Source of the DNA: Cercozoa sp. M6MM
Taxonomy: Eukaryota; Protista; Endomyxa: Ascetosporea
NCBI GenBank assembly: GCA_040357565.1
Contig: JBDODJ010000124.1
Reading direction: 5' to 3' (one strand)
DNA length: 33,185 nucleotides
Shown: piece after piece, positions 11,901-22,000 of the stretch
How the letters are laid out: each line of letters opens with the position of its first letter
Numbering within the stretch: the stretch's first letter is position 1
Made by a program: the position numbers and the translations under genes
Notes under the pieces: generated by a model
The model's database searches: none
What the model was told of the DNA's origin: nothing
The model's input: only the letters and a program-made list of their open reading frames with translations

Positions 11901-12219
11901 CGACGTACACCGAGCCATCAGTGAAACGAATGCGCCCTCGGACCCGAGCATGACGAAAATCAGCGAGTGCAGGCGTATTTAAAGTGGATGCACTCGAACG
12001 CAGAGTCGAGCTGCCAGCGACCGAGGTGTTGCCCGTGTGCAGTGCGAAAGTGCCAACCTCGTCGAACGAGAGGTCCGTCTCGAGCGAGCATATCTGCGCC
12101 GAAGAGTGCGCATCGCCGGCAACGGTCGGAATCACTGTGCCACTCAAGTTGTCGCTTCGACTTTCGTCACTTCGCTCCGGCATCGCGCGCCCTGGAACGA
12201 GCACATCCTGAGACGGCAT
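8954..12219 (-). CDS. MORN-repeat protein (about 15 repeats) with poly-Q/coiled-coil linker and C-terminal C3HC4 RING finger (putative E3 ligase); about 17 exons
   Basis: Exons give repeated GxxxxxNGDxYxGxWxxDxxHG units. The last two exons join to CKICFTSIMDCVLLR|CGHMIVCMECSTMLEKCPMCRSRIEEVVRVYRC*. All junctions checked are GT-AG and frame-consistent. The start codon is tentative. Confidence 0.88.
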
Positions 12220-12853
12220 GCGTGCTTCAGTTCTTCAAAAGAAGCGAGTGCTCCCGCGTCAATCACTTGCTTTTCTCGGACACTCGGCTCGGGTCGCGGA
12301 AAGCTAAAATCGCCAAGCTACGCCAAACAAAACTAAGCGAATCCAGTATGATGGGAGGTTGTCAATCAAAGAGCAAAACGGCACATACCGAAACCCAGCA
12401 ACTCAACAGGTGCCAGTTGCTGAGGACAAAAGAAACGCTTCCCCAGGAGTGACACCTCAGCACACGGTCAAGTCTGGTGATGACCTTTACTGACAAAAAC
12501 TGCCGCACCAACGCTCAGCTACGATCACGACTTGTACTACGACTGAGCAGATGTGGCCAGCTTTGATCGCTGCTGCTGAAACAGGGCTCGGCTGCAAGCC
12601 ACCACGCACGATCGAACAGCGTCTTGTCCTAGATCGTTCCCCAACGTTGCAAACACATCGGAGAGCATTAAGCGTGGCAAAGAGCCCAGCTGTCAGTTTT
12701 TTTCTTTAATATTTTAGCAACAACGGTGCTGGTCAAGTACAATACCAGCACTGTACAATGCAGACTGCTGATTATCCCAGTTCCTCTGAACAACTGACAC
12801 AGGAGTAACGGCCTTGCTGCCGAAGTACGGTGTCGACTGCTGACCAATGAACG

Positions 12854-13455
12854 ATGACTGATGATGTCTATCCTGTACAGATTGATAAAAATATACTGTA
12901 CTTAATCGCACTTCACCAGAAGGCCCTGGCACATTTCTTGAAGTGCTTGACGTTGTGCCTGTGCTGTATCTTCTACGGTAAGTGGACCAGGATCTTAGTT
13001 TTCCTCCTGCATGCTGGTGAAATAATAACAAATTATTGCAATACTAGATTCTGATCTTGGGAAGGCGTGTTTTGTGACAGAGTTTGTAAAAAATAACAGC
13101 GATGGGCGTTTGGAACTACAGACGAAAGGTGCGTTCGTTCTCTTCATCTGTGTGTGTGTCTGTGTGTCTGTGTGTCTGTGTCTGCGTGTGTGTGTCTGTG
13201 TGTGTGTGTCTGTGTGTGTCTGTGTGTGTCTGTGTCTGTGTCTGTGTCTGTGTCTGTGTCTGTGTGTCTGTGTGTGTGCGTGTGTCTGTGTGTGTCTGTG
13301 TGTGTGTGTGTGTGTGTGNNNNNNNNNNATGTTCTTTCTCTTCTCTTGTGTGCACTCACTCGATGATACTCACACTCCTGTCAGTGACTACTATCTCGAG
13401 TGGCTTGTTGCCGTTCTTATCTCTGCGGTACGCTTTCTCCTTCTGCCTGTGTGTG

Positions 13456-13494
<39 letters not shown>

Positions 13495-13594
13495 NNNNNN
13501 NNNNNNNNNNNNNNNNNNNNNNNNNNNNNNNNNNNNNNNNNNNNNNNNNNNNNNNNNNNNNNNNNNNNNNNNNNNNNNNNNNNNNNNNNNNNNN

Positions 13595-13657
<63 letters not shown>

Positions 13658-13884
13658 TTGTGTCTGTGTGTACTGTGTACTGTGTACTGTGTACTGTGTA
13701 CTGCGTTTGTGTGCGTGTAAAGTCCTTGCTGATCGTGGACTTTATGTTCTTCGGCACGAACGCCTTCGTGTTTGACCCGCAATATCGATCCTGGCAGACA
13801 GTGACTCATACTGACAAGGTACCAACAACCCTGGGACTGGCCAACTGGGTGTTCTTTGACTTCTCGCGTGCGCAGGTTGATTAA
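12854..13884 (+). CDS. Small (about 90 aa) putative two-TM membrane protein of unknown function; 7 tiny exons
   Basis: Frame-consistent model: MTDDVYP|[19 protein letters not shown]|DSDLGK|[10 protein letters not shown]|[14 protein letters not shown]|[32 protein letters not shown]|VD*. It needs one 35-nt GC-AG intron (13065-13099), and two introns contain assembly gaps. Confidence 0.6.
13149..13702. repeat. (GT)n/(GTGTCT)n/(TGTACTG)n tracts in two introns of the small TM gene; gaps N 13319-13328 and 13495-13594
   Basis: Directly visible. The tracts are interrupted by a short exon at about 13385-13427. Confidence 0.92.
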
Positions 13885-14343
13885 AACCGTCCCTTCCTCG
13901 CTCGTGGTTCCTCGTTCGCGAGCGCGTGTGATTAGAGTGCGATCATGATTCGATCATTCCTCGATCAGAACCGAACACCGCACGACGGGTTAGAACACGC
14001 ACACAAGGCCTGATAGTGTCACAATAAGGACCGTTCTTTCAGCTGTACCGTTTCAGGCTATACCAGCGCAGCACTGCACTGGGGGTGACGATGGCCACGT
14101 GTGCTTGAAACGACCGCTCACGTGCCAGTGATCGAATGAAACGGCTGCGTGATCGTTTCTGCCCGTTATTTCTGGAAGCGTATTGCCTGCTGTGCCTGCT
14201 GTACCGCAGCCTTCGCTTTACTGTATTATTGCGTGTCTCGCCTCTGTCTGAGTCGCCGCTCAAACCAGTGGAGTTGTTGTTTTGGGCACACCACCGGCAC
14301 AAGTCAATCCGATCACGGCGCAGTTGTTTTTTCGGCGCGCCTC

Positions 14344-16234
14344 ATGTCCACCACGGACTCGACGCGAAGTGTTTCACAAAGCTCGGATTCGCAGGTGTCG
14401 CTGCAGCCCATCAAGCCAGACAAGAAAGCGATCGCTTCCCTTCGCAAAACTGCCGGCAAATACGAGAAGCATGACGTTGAAGTCGACCGTATTGATGAGA
14501 GCGTGACTCTCTTTCGGAGGTACTACAATATTTACAGTGCTTCACCTTCTCCCTAAAGCTACTTGTGTTCTTTTGCGTGTCTTCTGCAGACGCAACCTGG
14601 GTCTGACGACGTGTTTTGCCGTGCTGCTGATCGTCGTTGTGATTCTGTGTGTGCTTTTTATTTCGGAGTCGTCGAGGCATCTCACCGCCGCCGTTGAGTT
14701 GGAGAAGTCTTTCAACGGCGCCGTGCTGGCCTACACAAACGCGTGGACGCTGCAGGCGCCGCTGTCGGCAGTGTTCGCCACCGAGGGTGCAGCACACAAC
14801 GGCACGGTGCTGCGTGGCGCCAACGTGAGCGGCAACGCCGAGGCGCGACAAGAGCTGCAGCTCGCCTACGAGCGCACGCAGCGACAGGCCGCTCTGACCG
14901 ACGACTACGCGCGCACACTTGCGGACAGCCCGGGCGCCCTCGGACAGGACGGCAGGGACTTTGCTCATTTCTGGCTCGACGTGCTGCGCCCGCAGCTTGA
15001 CCTGTACACTCCTGCCTTCGGGGTCACTAGGCGTGTGTTGTATCACTTGGAGTCTTTTTGTCTGTGACTCTAGGTGGATTGACCACAATGGGAAGGACCT
15101 CGTGGACGGCGCCCTGTCCAGCGACCTCACTGTGCGCAACAACTCAGTTTATGACTTCTACAGGTAGTTTAATGCAGAACCTCTTATCATTGTGGTGTAC
15201 TGACACACAAACCTGTGCAGCACGAATTACGTGTTCGACCCGCAAACGAGCTACCTGGCAGAGTACAAGTTCGAGGAGCTCCTGTTCATGAGGGGTGCAC
15301 GCTCCGGCATGACTCTGATGACTCGTATTCAAGGTACCCACACCCTGCTCCATGTGTGTGTCTGAAGTCTGTGGTTGAGTAGACGACAGTCAGACCGTGG
15401 CTAACCGACTGGAGGCTTCGTTGATTGCTTTGGCAGTGCTACCTGCTATTGCTGTGGTGCTGCTTGCCGTGCGTGTGTATCGGTATCACACGCACATCAA
15501 CACATGTTTACGCGTTGTATTATGTGCATATGGTAAATCAGGTGGCGACACTTGAAGCGCGACCTCGTGGCTGCAGTGAAACGCTCGCGGCACAATGTCA
15601 AACGCGCCGTAGAAGGTGTTTTCTCTTTTCTCGCCCATCGGTATCAGAGTCCGCAAGAGTGTGCATGGAGTACAGGCGGTGCCTACGGTCTCTACGTCAA
15701 GGAGGACGTGCAACGCCTTGGCCGCCATGCCGGTAGCATCACGAGCGACTCTCGTACCGACACGGACTCGGTAGCCAATGCGACTGATACTGTCGCCGAC
15801 ACTGCCACCGACACTGCCACCGACACCGACACTGCCACCGACACTGAGACAAGTACCCTACCCCGTCTTTCGCACTTACTCCGTTCCTCTTTACCCCTTA
15901 CCTCTCTTGTCCAGTGGACGAAACGCGATCCATGACTCGCGAGACGACGTCGTCTACGGACTCGTACCTCCTGTTCCCCTGTCCTAGAGACAGAGCGATC
16001 CCAGTTGGTGTGTGTAGTTCAATCTTCCAGAGCAAGACGAACAATGATCTCAACGTGGCCATTGCGCGACTGCGCCGCCGTGTGCGCATCGTCAAAACTG
16101 TCGCTGCCGTCACCACTCTCGCAACTGCTATGTGAGTCTATAGACATTCTTATATATCTATCTATCATGTTATATGTACATATCTATATCTATATGTATA
16201 AATTTATATACATAGGTTTTGGTATCACTAAATA

Positions 16235-16272
<38 letters not shown>

Positions 16273-18060
16273 TATCTATATATCTACAAGGATATATTTT
16301 CATAATATACTTAAATATGACTGTACGTGCGCAGTACCTTGGGCGTAGGCGGTGTCTCGGCCTACAGTGCGGCCGATGACCTCGCCAACATCAACGGACC
16401 CGTGTTGGTGAACCTCGAAATGATGCGCGCCTCACTCTACCGGTAGACGCCCTCTCTGTATCAAGACCTGCTATCCCTATTAGTACTCCTGATCGACCCG
16501 CAGTATCGATGGCATGCTGAGCGGCCTGGTGTCACCGGTGCTTCCGGTGGGATTGGAAGGCAACGTCACGGCGCAGCAGGAACTTACGAAACTCTCGCTG
16601 CAGCGTTCGCTGGGTCCCTTCACTTGGGTAGCTTGCCTGTTATACTTGACAGTACCCATAAAACATATACACACATATTAGATTTATACGTATAGGTATA
16701 TATACATACACCGTGTGTGTGTGTGTGAAAATGAGAGCAGGCACAAGCAACGCTGACAGACTCTGTGAAAACGGTACAGCCGCTCCTGCTGCGAGACGGC
16801 GATCCGTACCGCTTCAATCGGCAGGAGGAACTGCTGTAAGTCTGGCGCCTTTTGTTCTTGTGTTTCCATGTACTTCCATGTCATTGTTGTGTCCTCATCC
16901 AGGACGATTCTGGAGACTACGTTGCTGAACACAGTGTTTGCCGCACTGACCACTGGCGATGTCGACGCCTTTGCAGAACTCAAGTCGCCCGAGTACATTG
17001 CCGTGCGACAAGAGACGGTATTTTATCTCACCCTACTGTACCTGCCAATTTGTTCTGTACTGGTATGAATGAAACAGGAGGATCTTTTCTTGGCGATGTA
17101 CACTGGAGAAACACAGCGCATCAACAACAACGTCGACGACAACGATCAGACCGTTGCCATTGTAGCATGAGTTTTCATCTGCTTGCCCAGTTGAGATATG
17201 AGGGTTCGTGTCTAGGTTATCTCACTCGTGTCGATCGCCACGGCCATCAACATCCTCGCCGTCATCCTGGGCTATCGTGTGCAGGTACGCACTTGCTTGA
17301 CTGTGCTGAGGAAGGCAAGTCCACAAGTGTTGTTGTGCAGAGGAAACTCCTCGAGTTGGAGAATATCGCCGCCACGGAGCACGTCTGGACTCTGGACCGA
17401 CTCTTGCGAGACAAAGAGGCCGTGGAACTCTTGACGCAGTACGCCAACCAGCAGTACTCAATCGAAAACATCATGTTCCTGCGAGGTGACACATGTCATT
17501 CGTTCAGTCTACTTGCACATGTACCAGGATTGTAACGGAGTGTGACATTGTTCAGACTGGGCTGCGCTGCACATCCCGGTGCTCGGGGTGCGCGTCCATG
17601 ACGCGGAACGTTTGTACAGCAAATACGTGATGTACCACTCAGAATGGTAAACCGACCCCCCAAGTATCTTTGTTGGTGACATAGATATATACTGGTGTGG
17701 TGCGTGCGTGCAGTGAAGTCAACCTGTCCTCCATGGTTCGAAATGAATGCATCGAAAAGTTAGTGAAGTGTACCTCAGATTGCACTGTGCTTTATTTCAC
17801 TAAAATTCAATTGACGTGCCTGTTGTTGGATACGCAGGTCGAGACAGAATCGAGAAGAAATACGGCAGCCTCGAAAACGTGCCTGAAACTGTGTTGGGTA
17901 CATTGAAACTACCTGTGCTGGTCACAATTTATCTGACAACGCTATGTCGTGTGTGATGTGACTGAGTAGCCGACGACGCAGTGGCGCAACAATTGACGCG
18001 CGTGCACGATGTTGTGCTTACGCTGGTGTCGACGAACCTGTAGCAACATTTACCTGCACA

Positions 18061-18132
<72 letters not shown>

Positions 18133-18576
18133 TACATCACATACATTTTGTCTTGTCCGTTCCCTCCGTGCAGGTACGGTCCCTTCGTGCAGTCGAAGGA
18201 GTTTATGCAATGGCGCGATGCGCGTCGTGGCAACCTGTATGCTCAATTTCGCGCATAGTTGTGTCCTCAGCTGTATTGGATGTGCGCGTAGAAACAAATA
18301 TCTGCGGCTGCTGCAACGGCACGGAGGTGAAGTTCTTGATGCTCCCTCGCCTATCGCAGAAACCCAGCTTACGCGTATTGCTGAGGTATCGACCTGTCTG
18401 TTCATTCATCCGTCTCACTATTTATCTATCTACACCTATATCTATACATCTTTCTTTCTTTCTGTCTTTCTATCGATCAATCTATCGTACTTTCTATCTA
18501 TCTATCTATCTATCTCTGTTGACGAGTTCTAAATTTATATTTTGGATTGCAGGAGGATGTCGAAGCTCAGCTTTAG
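14344..18576 (+). CDS. Four-TM protein with two tandem extracellular helical sensor-like modules and a C-terminal RGS (regulator of G-protein signalling) domain; about 840 aa, about 23 exons
   Basis: RGS box after splicing: TLDRLLRDKEAVELLTQYANQQYSIENIMFLRD...AERLYSKYVMYHSECEVNLSSMVRNEC...VHDVVLTLVSTNLYGPFVQSKEF. Four hydrophobic segments are flanked by basic residues on the predicted inner side. The frame stays continuous across about 22 short introns from ATG 14344 to TAG 18574-18576. Confidence 0.85.
15757..15851 (+). repeat. Coding Asp/Thr/Ala repeat (GACACTGCCACC-like; DTATDTATDTDTATDTET)
   Basis: In frame within the cytosolic linker of the RGS protein. Confidence 0.8.
16150..16310. repeat. 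Intronic (TA)n-rich tract
   Basis: Directly visible. Confidence 0.9.
18057..18132. repeat. Intronic (CA)n; an intronic TCTA/TTTC tract follows at about 18420-18515
   Basis: Directly visible. Confidence 0.92.
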
Positions 18577-19033
18577 GGTTTGGAGTCCCGGAAAAGGGCA
18601 ACTCATTGAACTCAATCGTGCCACTTCCGATCCGTCCACGTCGGTCACAATATTGTCTCTCTGCGCAACCCAACGCAACAAGTCACGTCTATCATACGAC
18701 AGCACGTCAAAGCGCTAGCGATAACCTCATTCAACGCGTCGCGTTGGTAGATTTATCATATTGCTGTTCACAGTCGAGTACGCGAGGGACGTATCGGCTT
18801 GTAAGCGAAAAATTACTGTGCGTCGCGTATTCATCAAACGAAACTTGCGTTCAGTTGACATAGACGGCAATCACAGTAGCATGCGATGATGCTGACGTAG
18901 CGTCGGCGAGGTGACGTAACATAGTGAGACAAGTCGAACTCAACCGTCCGGGTCGTATAGTATTCGTACTCTCGACTGCAGTCTCTACAGTATTAATACG
19001 GCAATCACATAATGTCAATGCACGGTTTTACCT

Positions 19034-22000
19034 CTAATCGATTGTAAACGCAGGGTTCACGAGCACAAAGGTGGCACGCTGCTTGGAGTCCGAAAGCTTG
19101 CACTCAATGTCGCAAACGTAGCCTTCTCGCTTCGATGTTCGATACAGCGGCAACGACAGGACGGGTCCTGACTGTTGAAGGTATTTCTCCGCCTCCTTTC
19201 GCGTGACTGCACAAAGGAAGACGTCACCGACGGGCACGCGACTTGGTGTCGACGCACTCGCCTGGCGAAGACTGCCTTGCTGTATCTCACAGCCTTGGAC
19301 GAAGGCGTCGCGCACACAGAGCACACAGTTCGACACTTGTCGGGCAAGTGCAGCATCCCAGACTGCGACGAAACGCATCGACATGATGTCCTCTGGATTT
19401 GCGTCTTGCAACATCGCAGTCAGAAAGGCTTCGGGCTGGAACATCTCGGCAAACTTCTGTGGGAGTTACCAGTGAAAGAATTCCAATGAAGTGCGGAAAC
19501 TGCGAACAATTGAAGACTCAATTTTACGACAACGGACGTATCGACTTTGGGGCTTCGCGCCACGGCAGCTTCTGCGCAAGAGAGCGCGTCGCGGAGGTAC
19601 ACCGTAGGCGGCGTGTCCTCGGCGTAGTGCCAGGTGTTGTACCAGCACAACGGAATCACTCCCTCAACCAAGGCCTCCAAATCGTTGCTCATGCACTTTT
19701 CGCTACCTTCACTCAGCACGTCGTCGATTGCGCTGAGCACACGCGCGGCGGTGCGTAGTTCGGTGAGTATAAAATCTTCGTGGGCTGTCGTGCAGTCGTT
19801 TCCTCGAGCAGCACTCGTCAACGACTGGTCGACCTGCAGCAAACAAAGACACAGTGTAAATTTACAGCACAAGTGGCAGATGAAAACAAGGGTTAGCAAC
19901 CTTTTTCAGCAAGTGCCGCCGGCGCGACCAGTACTGCCGCAGTGCGTTCAAAACCGTGCTTTGTGTCGAAACATCATCGCCAGCGCGCGCGGACGGAGAA
20001 GCGATGCGATTGAGCGTTGCCACAAGTGTGTCCGTCGCACTTTCGTTGAGCTTGACGCTGGCGTTGCTCGGCAGGCCAAAGTGCCGTTGTTCTTCAGAGT
20101 CTCGCAGTTTCTCGGCAAAATGAGTGTATTCACTGATGCTGTTCGACGCAGGCAGCGGAGGAGCGTTCGTCACCAGCGGTGCACTGCCGCGCAGCACGGC
20201 AGGATTCAGAGTGGCACGTATAATCTGCTTGAGAATTGCCGTATCGTTTGGTTGGTCAATACGACCTCCGTAAACGGCCTCTCCAATCACACCCATGGCC
20301 ATCGACCAGTTGCGTGAGTTGTGCGTTATCACGCGCAAAGCGGTCTTGAAATTGCTGTCGTTGAATTCGTACGCGGTCGAAAAGCCAAGCGGCACAAAAG
20401 CACGTCGTTGCATCACGCGCGCATGAAGACACGCCGACAAGAAGGCTGCCTGCGCAGTTTGCGCTGACACCTCGCGCAGAGTCTGTTGACTTTGCATTTG
20501 TGCGAGACTCTGCGACAGAATTTCGTGCGTCGACGCTGCGTTCTGCACTACCAAACGCGCCGTTGCGAGGGCAAACAACGAAGCGGGAAGCTCGCTGTGA
20601 GGTTCGCTGGTCAAGAAGATGTAGCGTGGCCCTTGGGTGGCTCGCTTTATTTGGAGCAGCAAGGCGCACAACGAGTGCAACTCGGTCAGTCCGAGATGGA
20701 GATTCTCAATAACCACGATGTCACGTTGAGGCTCGGAGCTTTGCAGCACGCGAGATATTTCCTCAACGGACACCTTTCCCATAGGGACACGCTGTAGCCT
20801 TAGCGCCGAACCGATGTGTTGCGACAACAGTGCTCGCAGACTTTCTAGGTCTTCCGAAACGTCGACGCCCTCGTTAAAGGTCACAAGCACCATGTGGGTC
20901 TCTGCTTGACGACGAAGCGTGTCGGTGACGTACTCCATTCCAGATGCGTCCTCGAAATTCAGCTTCAGTGCAGCAGAAATGAAGTTTTGACACAATGCAA
21001 CAACCCGATCTGGCCGAATGGCTTGCATGAGCAGCAACTTCTGGGCAAAACTGAGGTCCGGAACAGCCTCCACAATGACATTGTCCGGGTGTTGCGCGTC
21101 CATTATGTCGTCGATCTACCACACAACAAGCATTCGGCATGCTCATAATCCAAACTCGGAGGGTCGTGACACCTTTTTTGCAATGACGGAGACAGAATCT
21201 TGGAGTTCAGGAAAAGAAGCTAGCAAAGCGTGCAACTTGCTTTGGTGCATCTTGGGGAAAAACGACAGATCTCTTGCCTCACTTCGCGAGTGTGTGTCGG
21301 CAAGGTTACGTCCCAGGAAGAACTCCCAGTATGCATTCGGAATCAACGTCGGCTGCACAGCTTGCACCAAGGAAAGGCCGAACACTGTGCGGTGCTGCGC
21401 AAAGACGGCAGGTGCGACGAGCTTCCACACCTCTAACACAAAAAGACGGCACATCTGTCGGATTCGCGTCTTCTTGTTGCAGTCGTTCTTCTTCAGCGAG
21501 GAGATTGCCGTGTCAACTGCTCGAAGAATCTGACTGAATGTAAACTTGTAAGAGTTGTGCAGCTGTTCGAAGCGTTGAAGTGACAGGAAGATTCGAGTTG
21601 CCATCTTCGCGAAGGGCTCAAATTCTTTCCGCTCGGCAGAAATCCTTTCGTCGGTGACTGTTATTTTGTCAAACGTCCTCTGAGTCTCGTGCGCTTGGGC
21701 ACACGTCTCTACACACAACACTCAGATATCACAGTGTTGTAAGGTACTATGTCATGGAAACTACACATTGATTACCAGTGAGCAAAGTGGAAAATTCGTC
21801 GTCTTCGAGCATAGAAGCCTTGGACTCACTCAGTGCTTGAAGCAATCGATTCTCCAAAGCCACCAATGCCACGGTGATTTCCTCTTTCTGCTGCTGTAAG
21901 CGCGTTTTCTCATTCTCCAGTTCAGGCCGCTCGATCGCCAAGGCTGCCGACAGAAACTGCTGCTCCAGCGACGTATCGGTTGGAGAGAAATCAATGACTG

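Noticed and set aside
14039-14474. ORFs 14136-14474 (+) and 14039-14302 (-)
   Set aside because: They have no motifs and are likely UTR/intergenic DNA or an alternative frame upstream of ATG 14344.
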